Shown: positions 38,281 to 49,238 of the stretch, in pieces
How the letters are laid out: every line of letters starts with the position of its first letter
Position numbering within the stretch: position 1 is the first letter of the stretch
From: Candidatus Poribacteria bacterium
GTDB taxonomy: Bacteria; Poribacteria; WGA-4E; WGA-3G
Reading direction: 5' to 3'
Length of the DNA stretch: 64,000 nucleotides
NCBI GenBank assembly: GCA_965205015.1
Contig: OZ242029.1
Location: 2,720,001-2,784,000 of the forward strand
Notes under the pieces: model-generated
Databases searched by the model: none
What the model was told of the DNA's origin: nothing
Seen by the model: only the letters and a program-made list of their open reading frames with translations
Program-made: the position numbers and the translations under genes

Positions 38281-40947
38281 ATGGCAAATCTTCCGAAAAT
38301 CTACGCCCCTCAAGAAATTGAGGGGAAATGGTACCAACTTTGGCAGAAAAACGGCTACTTTCATGCAAAGGCACCCTCTGACAAGCCGCCTTATGCTATC
38401 GTGATACCCCCACCGAATATCACAGGCAGTTTACACATAGGACATGCCCTTGATAATACGCTCCAAGATTGCCTCATCCGATGGCGACGCATGCAAGGTT
38501 ATAACGCCCTCTGGATGCCCGGAACCGACCACGCCGGTATCATGACTGAAGTCATTATGGAGCGGAAACTCGCTGATGAGGGCACTAACCGAATCGCGCT
38601 CGGCAGAGAAAGATTTGTCGAACGCATGTGGCAGTGGAAAGAGGAAACCAGCGACTATATCATCTCCCAACTCCAACAACTTGGATGCTCCTGCGATTGG
38701 GAACGTGAGCGATTCACTTATGATGAAGGGTTCTGTAAAGCGGTAAACACCGCGTTTGTTCAACTCTACAATCAAGGGCTCATCTATCGCGATACCGATA
38801 TACAAAATTGGTGTCCACATTGCAACACTGTTATAAGCAACCTTGAAGTTGAACCGATTGAGATAGACGGCAACTTTTATCATATCCGCTATCCGGTTAA
38901 GGACAGTGAGATCGTACTCGAAATTGCCACGACACGTCCCGAAACGATGTTAGGCGACACCGCTGTTGCTGTGCACCCTGAAGATGAACGGTATCAACAT
39001 TTGATTGGAAAAACAGCACTCCTACCGCTCTGCGACAGAGAAATTCCGATAATCGCCGACGCGTATGTGGATACAGAATTCGGGACAGGCGCCTTGAAGG
39101 TTACACCCGCGCACGATACGAATGACTATGAAATTGGGTTGCGACACAACCTCGAGCAGCTCACGATTTTCACGCCGGATGCCTGTATAAACGAAAACGC
39201 CCCCGAAAAATACGTCGGCTTGTCTCGATGGGACTGCCGTAAGCGGGTCGTTGAGGATCTACAGGCGTTGGATTATCTCGTCAAAATTGTCCCGCATCGG
39301 CACGCCGTTGGGCATCATGAACGATGTGGCACGGTTGTTGAACCTGCTATATCACCGCAATGGTTTATGAATATGCGTCCACTTGCCCAGCGCGCCATAG
39401 AAGCAACGAAGAAAGGTGAAGTCAAATTTATTCCGGAGCGGGAGACGGCTCGCTTTTATCATTGGATGGAGAACATCGAACCCTGGCCCATCTCACGTCA
39501 ACGCTGGTGGGGACATCGCCTCCCAATATGGGATTGTAACGCATGCGGCGCCGTCACCGCTGCGATGGAAACCCCGCAGCAGTGCAAGGAATGTGGTGCC
39601 TCCGACTTTCGGCAAGAAGAGGACGTGCTGGACACATGGTTCAGCTCCGGGTTGTGGCCCTTCGCTACTATGGGATGGCCAGAAAATACGGAGGAGCTAA
39701 AAACATTTTACCCGACGTCCGTCCTTGTAACCGGTTGGGATATTCTCTTCTTCTGGGTCTCAAGAATGATTATGCTCGGATTAGGATGTATGAACGAAGT
39801 CCCGTTCCGCACGGTGTATCTGCATGGACTTGTTGCCGATGAAAAGGGACAGAAGATGAGCAAATCCAAGGGAAATAGCATCGACCCTTTAGAGACAATT
39901 GAAACCTATGGAACGGATGCATTCCGATTTGCGCTCGTCAATACAAGCACCCCAATCCCTTATGTCCCGCTTGCAGAATCGCAGATTGAGGCAGGTAAGC
40001 GATTCGCTAACAAAATTTGGAACGCAGCCCGGTTCATTCTGATGAACTTAGAGAAGCATCCTGTGCCCGCAAAAATGGATGCCGTAAAACAGGAAACGTT
40101 AGAAATCGCTTGGATACGGAGCCGTCTTAGCCATACCATTGCGACAACAACGAATGCCTTTGAAAACTTTCGTTTCTATGAAGCGGCACAAACACTCTAC
40201 GCTTTCCTTTGGCATGAATTCTGCGATTGGTACCTGGAATTTGCCAAACAACGAATCTCACAAAATCAACCGGAGGCACTTTGGGTAGCAGCGGATGTTC
40301 TGGAGCAGACAATGCGCCTCCTCCACCCGTTGATGCCGTTTTTGACCGAAGAGATTTGGCAACAGCTCCCGCACGGTGGCGGAAACCGAAGTGAATCCTC
40401 CGAAAAGGGGTCAGTAACAGTTGCCTCATGGCCAGCGTCAATGGGCGAAAATCCGACAGCGGAAGCCACCATGACAACACTCATGGAAGTTATCGAGAGT
40501 GTCCGAAGCATCCGCGGCGAGTTGAATGTTCCGATCGGAGCGTCAGTGGAAGTGCACATCCAAGCGCCAAATGCTGAAGTCCGTGAAGGACTTGAAACGT
40601 ACTTGGCACAGTACTTGCCAGCTCTCACACGTGTGGCAGACATCACGATCGCCGAATCTCTGTCTAAGCCCCGTGCTTCGGCGGAAGCCGTTATCGGTGA
40701 GCTTGCTATCTACATTCCCCTTGCCGATATCATCGATCTGGATGCCGAACACGCCAGACTGAGCAAACGACATCAACAGGCGGTTAAAAATGTCACAGCA
40801 GCGCAGAAGACTTTAGATAATCCGAATTTCCTTCAGCGTGCCCCTGAAAAAGTCGTTGCCCAAAAGAGGGAGCAACTTGAACGGATGTTGACGGAACAAG
40901 AAAAATTAGCGCGGAGTCTCGCGATGCTCGCTGAATCGGAAAATTAA
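38281..40947 (+). CDS. valS: Valine--tRNA ligase
   Basis: PPPNITGSLHIGH, PGTDHAGI, ISRQ, DVLDTWFSS, KMSKS, coiled-coil tail. Confidence 0.98.
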   Translation: MANLPKIYAPQEIEGKWYQLWQKNGYFHAKAPSDKPPYAIVIPPPNITGSLHIGHALDNTLQDCLIRWRRMQGYNALWMPGTDHAGIMTEVIMERKLADEGTNRIALGRERFVERMWQWKEETSDYIISQLQQLGCSCDWERERFTYDEGFCKAVNTAFVQLYNQGLIYRDTDIQNWCPHCNTVISNLEVEPIEIDGNFYHIRYPVKDSEIVLEIATTRPETMLGDTAVAVHPEDERYQHLIGKTALLPLCDREIPIIADAYVDTEFGTGALKVTPAHDTNDYEIGLRHNLEQLTIFTPDACINENAPEKYVGLSRWDCRKRVVEDLQALDYLVKIVPHRHAVGHHERCGTVVEPAISPQWFMNMRPLAQRAIEATKKGEVKFIPERETARFYHWMENIEPWPISRQRWWGHRLPIWDCNACGAVTAAMETPQQCKECGASDFRQEEDVLDTWFSSGLWPFATMGWPENTEELKTFYPTSVLVTGWDILFFWVSRMIMLGLGCMNEVPFRTVYLHGLVADEKGQKMSKSKGNSIDPLETIETYGTDAFRFALVNTSTPIPYVPLAESQIEAGKRFANKIWNAARFILMNLEKHPVPAKMDAVKQETLEIAWIRSRLSHTIATTTNAFENFRFYEAAQTLYAFLWHEFCDWYLEFAKQRISQNQPEALWVAADVLEQTMRLLHPLMPFLTEEIWQQLPHGGGNRSESSEKGSVTVASWPASMGENPTAEATMTTLMEVIESVRSIRGELNVPIGASVEVHIQAPNAEVREGLETYLAQYLPALTRVADITIAESLSKPRASAEAVIGELAIYIPLADIIDLDAEHARLSKRHQQAVKNVTAAQKTLDNPNFLQRAPEKVVAQKREQLERMLTEQEKLARSLAMLAESEN

Positions 40948-41050
40948 AATAGCGAAAAGACCGTGGTTCGTAATGAAATGGAGAGCGGATTCGAGGAAGG
41001 GACGTTACGTCACAAACCCACGACGTTTAACCGCGAGGAAAAATTAAAAA

Positions 41051-41482
41051 GTGGCAATTGAAAATAACGATAACTGCTTTGTTTGTGGTATGAAAAATCC
41101 GTTCGGCTTTCAGGTAAAGCCTGAAATTAAGAATGGAGGCGAATTCGTCCATATTGAATGTACGCCTCACGAGCATTTGCAAGGGTGGGCAAACATTCTA
41201 CACGGGGGTATCCTCAGTACGCTCTTAGATGAGGCGATTACCTATGTCGGAATAGGCACCTTTGATCAACCTGCAGTAACGGCGCAGCTCGAAGTCCGTT
41301 TTCGCAATCCGGCACCGACCTGTGTGAAACTCCATGTATGCGCGGAGCGTATTAAGGTTTCAAAAAGATTAGTGGAAGCAAAAGCGAAGGTCACACTTAG
41401 CGATGGCACCCTTATCGCCACTGGCACGGGGAAGGTCATGCCTGTCAATGAGAGTTTCGCACCTAAGGCACCCACTCGGTAA
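41051..41482 (+). CDS. PaaI family hotdog thioesterase
   Basis: CFVCG..NP.G, HGGILSTLLDE. Confidence 0.9.
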   Translation: MAIENNDNCFVCGMKNPFGFQVKPEIKNGGEFVHIECTPHEHLQGWANILHGGILSTLLDEAITYVGIGTFDQPAVTAQLEVRFRNPAPTCVKLHVCAERIKVSKRLVEAKAKVTLSDGTLIATGTGKVMPVNESFAPKAPTR

Positions 41483-41585
41483 AAAGTCTACAGCAGACTG
41501 ATGTGCCAGCGATATAAGAGGGCGGATCTCCCCTGATTATTGAAGGTCTCATCATCATGGTAATTACATAAATCCTGGTCAAAAA

Positions 41586-43262
41586 ATGGAAAAATCAACA
41601 TCTGCGGTGAATCCAGAGCAGCATTCAGGTTTGGACACGGATGTTCTCATCATCGGTAGCGGTGCTGCTGGATTACGCGCGGCTCTCGCTGCGAGCGAAC
41701 GTGCGAGTGTGACCTTAATCACCAAAACGACGCTGACAGAGAGCAACACACACTATGCCCAAGGTGGCATTGCAGTTGCTATGAACCTTGATGACACGAT
41801 TGCCTTGCACATAAAGGACACCTGCGCAGCTGGGGCGGGACTCTGTGATGTTGAAGCCGTTGAGATGATGGTATCCGAAGGCATTCCACGTGTTGCTGAA
41901 CTCTTGGACTGGGGTGCGAACTTTGATTGGGAAGGCACCCTGCCACGTTTTACACAGGAAGCGGCGCATAGCCGTCGCCGTATTGTCCATAAAGGCGACG
42001 CAACTGGACGTGAAACGACGGATGTCCTTATTCAGCGTGTGCTTAACACGGAAAACATCCACGTCCTACAAAATACGTTTGCCATTGATCTCCTGACGGA
42101 TGCCGAGACTCCCGAAGAGCGTCAGGAAACCGCTGCATGCTACGGCGTTACCGCAATTGTGGACGAGCGAATCGTTTCTATTCGCGCCAAAGCTACGATT
42201 CTTGCGACTGGGGGGCTCGGACGCCTCTACCCTTGTACCTCCAACCCAAAAGTAGCAACCGGCGATGGATTCGCCGCCGCGTGGCGCGCTGGATGCGAAA
42301 TGGTCGATATGGAATTCGTCCAGTTTCATCCAACAACGCTTTACTTAGATGGGGCTCCCAACTTTTTAATCTCAGAAGCGGTTCGGGGTGAAGGCGGTCA
42401 GCTCATCAACATTCGTGGCGAACGTTTTATGGAGAGATACCACGAGAAGGGTGAACTTGCCCCGCGCGATGTTGTCAGTCGTGCTATCCAGATAGAAATG
42501 GAATTGACGGGGTTTCCGTGTGTTTATCTTGATATTACACATAAACCTGCCGAGTTTATCCACGAGCGATTCCCGACGATCTCCGACACCACCCAACACT
42601 ATGGGTTAGACATCAGCGTTGACTTAATTCCGGTTCGTCCCGGTGCCCATTTTATGATGGGAGGTATCCGCACGAACACCGATACAGAAACGAATCTCAA
42701 GGGACTCTATGCGTGTGGTGAGGTTGCCTGCACTGGCGTGCACGGTGCGAACCGCTTGGCGAGCAATTCTCTTCTGGAATGTCTTGTTTACGGTGCACGC
42801 GCTGGCACAAACGCTGCACTGTTTGCCTCATTACAACCTTCTCAGCCACCAGATGTATTACTCGCTGGTCATACAGAGGCCTCTCAGATGTCCGATATTG
42901 AAGCAGATTTAGCTGCTTCTATAGAGGCGATAAAGGACGCAATCCGAGAGACGCTCTGGGAAAATGTGAGTATTGAACGAAACGGCGAGGGTTTAAGACA
43001 AACCCTCGCCGAATTACAAGATTTAACCACAAATTTAGGGAGCGTGCCAGCAACACCAGGCCCCGGTGATATCGCACTGATTGAAACAGTCAATATGCTC
43101 AATGTTGCCTTAATGATAACGGAATCAGCACTTGCGCGAACGGAAAGTCGCGGCGCGCACTACCGTGCTGATTTTCCAACGCAGGACGATATCGATTGGC
43201 ACCGCCGAATTCTTATCAAGAACGATAACCCGCCAGAAGTGATCCCTCTAAAATCCCTTTAA
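41586..43262 (+). CDS. nadB: L-aspartate oxidase
   Basis: IIGSGAAG, YAQGGIA, QFHPT, SEAVRGEG, HGANRLASNSLLE, ESRGAH. Confidence 0.96.
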   Translation: MEKSTSAVNPEQHSGLDTDVLIIGSGAAGLRAALAASERASVTLITKTTLTESNTHYAQGGIAVAMNLDDTIALHIKDTCAAGAGLCDVEAVEMMVSEGIPRVAELLDWGANFDWEGTLPRFTQEAAHSRRRIVHKGDATGRETTDVLIQRVLNTENIHVLQNTFAIDLLTDAETPEERQETAACYGVTAIVDERIVSIRAKATILATGGLGRLYPCTSNPKVATGDGFAAAWRAGCEMVDMEFVQFHPTTLYLDGAPNFLISEAVRGEGGQLINIRGERFMERYHEKGELAPRDVVSRAIQIEMELTGFPCVYLDITHKPAEFIHERFPTISDTTQHYGLDISVDLIPVRPGAHFMMGGIRTNTDTETNLKGLYACGEVACTGVHGANRLASNSLLECLVYGARAGTNAALFASLQPSQPPDVLLAGHTEASQMSDIEADLAASIEAIKDAIRETLWENVSIERNGEGLRQTLAELQDLTTNLGSVPATPGPGDIALIETVNMLNVALMITESALARTESRGAHYRADFPTQDDIDWHRRILIKNDNPPEVIPLKSL

Positions 43263-45554
43263 TTGTTTTTGTACGAGCCCTGTTCCCAAGTTCACAGCCC
43301 GGGGCTCGTTCGCATTCTTATAAATTTCCACATAGCGATCGTAACTGTTGATAACCTTTTTGATATGAAGTCGGGTTTCCCGGATCGTAATTTTCTCGAC
43401 AAATTCATCGATATCTGCGATATTTTTCGATGCCACCCACCGTTTCATCCGTCCAGGACCGCCGTTATAGGCGCCCGTCACCAGCATCGCGTTGTCATTG
43501 AATAGGGAGTTGAGGTATCCGATATACTTCGTACCCATCTGAATATTGACATCGGGTTGCTTGAGCATAGAGGTTCGGAAACGACGGATTTTGAGCTGCT
43601 GAGCGAGTTCCCTTCCAGTCGGTGGCATAATCTGCATCAACCCGATTGCGCCTGCCCAACTCACCGCCTCGGCATTGTATCGACTTTCCTCTAAAATCAT
43701 CGCCGCAATTAAGAAAGTGTCGACGTTATACAATTTTGCGTATTTCTCAACTGTATTCGCATAGTAGCGTGGATAGAGTTTTCGATGGAGTTTCTCTAAG
43801 TCTTCACGCGTCGCGTTTGCGAAAGCAGGACTCTCAAGAGATTTTTCGGTTGCCTTCCGCGCCTTATCGTACATTGCGAGTCCTTCATAACAGGTGATCA
43901 AATCATAAAAACACTCGCGTTCAGGGAGCGAGGATGTGTTGATGTGCTCGTTTAACTGCGCAATCGCATCTTCATAAAGCCGGAGTTCCATCAACAACGG
44001 CACTTGTTGCGGACACGCCTGACGCGCCGGCAATTCCGCATCCTGAATAGCCTTGGGTTCCAACTCGGATGTAGCCATACCTAAAATCGTCTTTGCTCGT
44101 GCGGAGTAGTACCAATACCGTGCTTCTGCCACTTCTTTGTACAACTTTCGTGCGAGTGCGGGTTTGTTCTGTCGTTCGCGTATCTTTGCCATCCAAAAGT
44201 GTGCCCCCATTGCATAGCGGTTTCCGGGGAAATTCTCCTTCAAGCCTTTGAAGGCGTTGTAACTCTCCTCGTAGCGGTGTTCGTCAAAACGCTGCCAGCC
44301 GATTCGCCACGCTGCCACATCAGCGTAAGGACTTTTCGGTGCCACCTTGATTAGGCGTGCATACGCATCGAGTGCTAACTCCGATTTATCCTGTCTCTCG
44401 CGGAGCTGGGCGATATCATACAAAGCGTCGTCTACCAACTCACTCCATGCGTAAGTCTTCACGAAACTCTCAAGTTTGCTGATAGCAGTTCTAATGTGTC
44501 CTTTCCGACGATAGCACTGGGCGATCTGATAGGTCGCCCGCGTGAGATACTCGCTTTTATCACCGAGCGCGATGACGGCGTTGAATTTCTTAATTGCTGT
44601 ATTGTACCATTTCCGCCCCTGATAACTTCGTCCGATAAGGTAGCGCGCGTGCGCCCGTAAATTCAAATCCACAGTCTTCGGAATTAATTCCAAGTGGGCC
44701 ACGGCAGTCTTCCACTGTTTATGTGAGAAGGATACCAAGCCACAATTAAGCCGGTCGGTTGGGGTCAATTTTAGCGTTTTATGCGCTCTCACAAGGCGTC
44801 TGAGTCGATCGAGTGACTCGCGAGCAACGCTCTTTGCGTGATTTTCCGTAATGAGTTCGCGGTACGTGTTGAAGGCTGTAGAGGTGTCACCGAGTTCCTC
44901 ATTACAACGTGCCAACGCAAAGTGGGTCTCTCTTGCATAGCGTGGCTGCTCAATGAGTTCGACCAGCAGCGCCTTCGCGGAGGCGTACTGCTTCTCTTTT
45001 AGATACAGTTGTGCTAACGTCCACTTCGCCTCCACGAGATAGAAACTCGTGGGATACTCCGTGACGAGCTGCGTATACCACTTTATCGCCCGCGTCCTGT
45101 TATTCATATCTTCGTAAAGTCGTGCCAAGCGATAGATGGCACAATCCGCCAGCGGATAATTCACCGAAACAACTCGTGCGTAGTGTCCGACTGCCTTTGG
45201 ACGGTTGCGAAGTTTTTCATAGTTATAGCCGAGTGCGTGATGAATCTGAAGTTTTTCTGGTTCGGACAGGTCGGTTTTCAATAGAGCCTCGAGTTTCAAA
45301 GTCGCTTTTTTGCGGTTCTCTTTATCTTTGCGGTTCTCTTTATCACCGTTATCCATCAAGGCGAAGGCTTCTTGCCACGCCGCACTCCGTTCTTCATCAC
45401 CTGAAGCTGGCAGCCCGATAGCGAAGCATCCATAAGTCAACGCAAGTACACTTAAAAAGAATTTTCGGATTATGATGGGATATAACGCAGTTCCCGAACC
45501 GGATTTATTTTTCGACTGAATTCGGTTTCTGCTAAAAAATTTCATATATTTCAT
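43248..45554 (-). CDS. TPR-containing soluble lytic transglycosylase
   Basis: TPR repeats; EESRY, GAIGLMQIMP, AYNGGPG, ETRLHIKKV. Confidence 0.93.
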   Translation of the reverse strand: MKYMKFFSRNRIQSKNKSGSGTALYPIIIRKFFLSVLALTYGCFAIGLPASGDEERSAAWQEAFALMDNGDKENRKDKENRKKATLKLEALLKTDLSEPEKLQIHHALGYNYEKLRNRPKAVGHYARVVSVNYPLADCAIYRLARLYEDMNNRTRAIKWYTQLVTEYPTSFYLVEAKWTLAQLYLKEKQYASAKALLVELIEQPRYARETHFALARCNEELGDTSTAFNTYRELITENHAKSVARESLDRLRRLVRAHKTLKLTPTDRLNCGLVSFSHKQWKTAVAHLELIPKTVDLNLRAHARYLIGRSYQGRKWYNTAIKKFNAVIALGDKSEYLTRATYQIAQCYRRKGHIRTAISKLESFVKTYAWSELVDDALYDIAQLRERQDKSELALDAYARLIKVAPKSPYADVAAWRIGWQRFDEHRYEESYNAFKGLKENFPGNRYAMGAHFWMAKIRERQNKPALARKLYKEVAEARYWYYSARAKTILGMATSELEPKAIQDAELPARQACPQQVPLLMELRLYEDAIAQLNEHINTSSLPERECFYDLITCYEGLAMYDKARKATEKSLESPAFANATREDLEKLHRKLYPRYYANTVEKYAKLYNVDTFLIAAMILEESRYNAEAVSWAGAIGLMQIMPPTGRELAQQLKIRRFRTSMLKQPDVNIQMGTKYIGYLNSLFNDNAMLVTGAYNGGPGRMKRWVASKNIADIDEFVEKITIRETRLHIKKVINSYDRYVEIYKNANEPRAVNLGTGLVQKQLKGF

Positions 45555-45788
45555 TTCGCCTTTTTTGGAATCCTCCTTATGTGGGTTCCTGTGGATTCAC
45601 TTGAAATATGCATAGATTTTTTCGGATTCTTTTACCATACTTGAATTGTAACGTTTCTTAAAGGCAAAAAGCAACAAAAAAGTGAACGCTAACATTTCGT
45701 CGCGCGAATACCAGAAATCGCTTGCCAAATTGGGAGATGTTACGCTATACTTAATAGCAACTTAATCGCCTGAAAGGAGAAAGGGTAA

Positions 45789-46562
45789 ATGGAAATTGTA
45801 GCACTTGGAAAAACAGGTTTAAATGTTTCACGGCTTTCGATCGGAACCGGATCAAACGGTTGGAACGGTCGCTCAAATCAGACGGATCTGGGATTTGAGG
45901 CTTTACGGGACTTACTGCTGTTCTCACATGAAAAAGGTGTAACGTTTTGGGATTCCGCAGATCAGTACGGAAGCCACCCACATGTCAAGGCAGCACTTCA
46001 AGAGGTACCCCGCGAGAGTGTCACTATCACTACAAAGACGACATCCCGGACGCGAGAAACCATAGAGGCAGATGTGAAGCGATTTCTGAAAGAGATAGGC
46101 TCTGACTATGTAGACATTGTTCTACTTCACTGTCTCACACAGGTAGATTGGCCCCAGCGGTATCCAGATGCAATGGAAGCACTTACCCGTTGCAAGGAAC
46201 AGGGATTAATCCGCGCACACGGCGTATCCTGTCACGATTACGGTGCCTTCCAAACATCAGCGATGACGGAATGGGTTGACGTTGTCTTGGCTCGGATTAA
46301 TTACGCCGGTGTTCACATGGACGCATCCCCTGCCGATGTCATCCGCACAATGGAACAGATGGCATTCGTAGGAAAAGGCATCTACGGGATGAAGGTGCTG
46401 GGACAGGGGAAATTGGCAGAAGACGCGACGGGTCAACGGGAGGCGATCGAATTTGTGATGGGACTTCCGTGTGTCCATGCAATGACTATCGGTATGACCT
46501 CGGAGCGCGAAGTGGAAGCGAACGTCGCTGTCGTTAATGAATTGTCGGAGAAAGGCGTTTAG
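45789..46562 (+). CDS. Aldo/keto reductase
   Basis: LGKTGLNVS, WDSADQYGS, DYVDIVLLH, GVSCH. Confidence 0.93.
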   Translation: MEIVALGKTGLNVSRLSIGTGSNGWNGRSNQTDLGFEALRDLLLFSHEKGVTFWDSADQYGSHPHVKAALQEVPRESVTITTKTTSRTRETIEADVKRFLKEIGSDYVDIVLLHCLTQVDWPQRYPDAMEALTRCKEQGLIRAHGVSCHDYGAFQTSAMTEWVDVVLARINYAGVHMDASPADVIRTMEQMAFVGKGIYGMKVLGQGKLAEDATGQREAIEFVMGLPCVHAMTIGMTSEREVEANVAVVNELSEKGV

Positions 46563-46596
46563 AGGTTGAATCCACGCTTACCGAACCGCAAGGTAA

Positions 46597-48051
46597 ATGA
46601 AAAAGATGGAAAAATATGAGATAGTGATCGGTTTGGAAATCCACGCCGAATTATGCACAGAAAGTAAGCTTTTCTGTAATTGTGCTTATATCTTCGGGGC
46701 ATCGGCGAATGACTGTACGTGTCCAATCTGTTTAGGAATGCCGGGAACATTACCGGTCGTCAACAGACGTGCTGTGGAGTTTGCGGTTCGTGCTGGCTTG
46801 GCAATGGACTGTGAAATCACGGCTTCCAGTAAATTCGATCGGAAGAACTATTTCTATCCGGACCTGCCGAAGAACTACCAAATCTCACAATATGACATTC
46901 CGTTATGTCAAAATGGACAGGTAACGTTTGAGTTTGAAGGCGAATTCCGAACTGTTGCCCTCCGTAGGATTCATCTGGAGGAGGACGCGGGGAAATCCAT
47001 TCACGCCGAAGTCACAGGGGATCCAACCCGTAGTTTCATGGATTTCAATCGTGCCGGTGTGCCGCTCCTTGAAATTGTGAGCGAACCCGAGTTGCATTCT
47101 CCTGCGGAAGCCATTGCCTATTGTCGTGCGGTGAAGGAAATTTTAGAGTATATTGAAGTGAGCGACTGCAACATGGAAGAGGGGAGTCTGCGATGTGAAC
47201 CGAATCTTTCCCTACGTCCCAAAGGGAGTAAAGCGTTGGGGACGCGCACAGAGATTAAAAACAAAAACTCGTTCCAAGAGTTGATCGAGGCGATGGAATA
47301 TGAGGTGAAACGGCAGGCTCGAATTTTAGACGCGGGTGAGGAGGTCGTCCAGGAGACACTCCTATTTGATGCCAGCACGGGCAGGACCGTCGCCATGCGC
47401 GGTAAAGAAGAAGCTGACGACTATCGCTATTTCCCTGAACCCGATCTCGTTCATGTCCAGATTGGTGATGAGTGGGTTCAGGAAATTCAGCCCACACTTC
47501 CCGAACTCCCTGATGCCCGCCGAAAACGGTTCCTTTCGGACTACGGTATTTCGTCCGAAAACGCGGAATTCCTGACCAGCACGCGACCGCTCGCGGAATT
47601 CTTCGACGAAGCCGCTCGACTCAGTGGTGAACCCACCGCCTGTGCAAACTGGATCATGGGGGACTTGACCCGACTCCTAAACACAGCAGAAATTGAGATC
47701 CAAGAGGCGAAGGTTACGCCAGCACACCTCACTGAACTCATCCAGTTAATCGGGGATGCAACCATCAGCGGTAAAATTGCCAAATCTGTGCTTGATGATG
47801 CCTTTGAGACGGGCAAAATGCCGAAACAGATTGTTGCCGAAAAGGGATTGGCACAAATTACGGACACCTCAGAGATAGAAGCCATCGTCTTACAGGTGGT
47901 GGAAGAGAATCCCGGTCCTGCTCAAGATTACCGGGACGGTACAAAGAAAGCCATTGGTTTTCTCGTGGGGCAAGTGATGCGTGCGACTCGCGGCAAGGCA
48001 AATCCGCAACTCGTGAATCAGATTTTGACGCGGGTGCTGTCCGCTGAATAA
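46597..48051 (+). CDS. gatB: Asp/Glu-tRNA amidotransferase subunit B
   Basis: IGLEIH, RKNYFYPDLPK, HLEEDAGK, DYRYFPEPDL. Confidence 0.98.
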   Translation: MKKMEKYEIVIGLEIHAELCTESKLFCNCAYIFGASANDCTCPICLGMPGTLPVVNRRAVEFAVRAGLAMDCEITASSKFDRKNYFYPDLPKNYQISQYDIPLCQNGQVTFEFEGEFRTVALRRIHLEEDAGKSIHAEVTGDPTRSFMDFNRAGVPLLEIVSEPELHSPAEAIAYCRAVKEILEYIEVSDCNMEEGSLRCEPNLSLRPKGSKALGTRTEIKNKNSFQELIEAMEYEVKRQARILDAGEEVVQETLLFDASTGRTVAMRGKEEADDYRYFPEPDLVHVQIGDEWVQEIQPTLPELPDARRKRFLSDYGISSENAEFLTSTRPLAEFFDEAARLSGEPTACANWIMGDLTRLLNTAEIEIQEAKVTPAHLTELIQLIGDATISGKIAKSVLDDAFETGKMPKQIVAEKGLAQITDTSEIEAIVLQVVEENPGPAQDYRDGTKKAIGFLVGQVMRATRGKANPQLVNQILTRVLSAE

Positions 48052-48146
48052 TACCCTTATTCAGAATATTTGGGTGAAATCTCGTTTTTCCTTTCAATCG
48101 GATTTTAGCGTTAATTGACTGCGTAAATTTCAATCACAACCACGGC

Positions 48147-49238
48147 ATGACCATAGGACAAATCACCCTCATATCCGTAACAAAGCAATTCGGGGACACT
48201 GTCGCCGTTGACGATGTATCTCTACAGATAGAAGGCGGGGAGTTCTTTTCACTGCTCGGACCGAGTGGATGTGGTAAAACGACAACGCTGCGCATCATCG
48301 GCGGATTTGCGTATCCCACCACAGGGGAGGTCTTCATCAACGGCGAACTGATGGCAGAAATGCCACCTTATCGCCGTCCTGTCAATACCGTCTTCCAAAA
48401 TTACGCCTTGTTCCCGCACAAAACCGTTGCACAGAATATCGCATTTGGGCTGCAGATGAAGAAAGCGACCAAAGCGGAAATCTCTGATGCCGTTGAAAAC
48501 GCATTAGATTTAATTCAACTGTCGGGGTACGACGACCGGAAACCGAGTGAGCTCTCTGGTGGCGAGAGGCAGCGTGTGGCACTCGCGCGCGCGCTCATCA
48601 ATGAACCTACCATTCTGCTGTTAGATGAACCGCTTTCAGCCCTTGACCTGAAACTCCGAAAGCAGATGCAATCAGAACTAAAAGCACTGCAGCGCAAAGT
48701 CGGTATCACGTTTGTCTATGTCACACATGACCAAGGGGAAGCCCTGGCACTCTCCGATCGGATTGCGGTGATGAACGGTGGTAAAATTCTCCAGGTCGGA
48801 ACGCCATCTGACATCTACGATTCGCCACAGAGCCGTTTTGTCGCTGACTTCATCGGTACCTCCAACTTTCTGGAAGGAACACTTATTAGCGAGAATGAAA
48901 TTACGCTAACAATGGAACCACCCCTCAAGGTTGTCAGCACACCGAACAACGATATACCCTTGAACGCATCTGTCACTGTTGCAGTCCGTCCGGAACGCAT
49001 TGATCTGAGAATGACACCCACTTCTGATGTTGCGAACTGCCTACGAGGTGTAATTCAGGACGAAAGTTACCTTGGGACGACGCTTCAGTACACCATCGAA
49101 ACCGATGTTCCGACCCCACTCATTGTCCACCAACAGAACACGGGTGCCAGAGATGGACGTCGCTTCCAACGCGGCGATACAGTCTATCTACAATGGACGC
49201 CTGAAAATGCAAGCGTTTTGAAAACCGACGAAGACTAA
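48147..49238 (+). CDS. potA: Polyamine ABC transporter ATPase (PotA-like)
   Basis: GPSGCGKTT, NTVFQNYALFPH, LSGGERQRVALARAL, TOBE domain. Confidence 0.88.
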   Translation: MTIGQITLISVTKQFGDTVAVDDVSLQIEGGEFFSLLGPSGCGKTTTLRIIGGFAYPTTGEVFINGELMAEMPPYRRPVNTVFQNYALFPHKTVAQNIAFGLQMKKATKAEISDAVENALDLIQLSGYDDRKPSELSGGERQRVALARALINEPTILLLDEPLSALDLKLRKQMQSELKALQRKVGITFVYVTHDQGEALALSDRIAVMNGGKILQVGTPSDIYDSPQSRFVADFIGTSNFLEGTLISENEITLTMEPPLKVVSTPNNDIPLNASVTVAVRPERIDLRMTPTSDVANCLRGVIQDESYLGTTLQYTIETDVPTPLIVHQQNTGARDGRRFQRGDTVYLQWTPENASVLKTDED

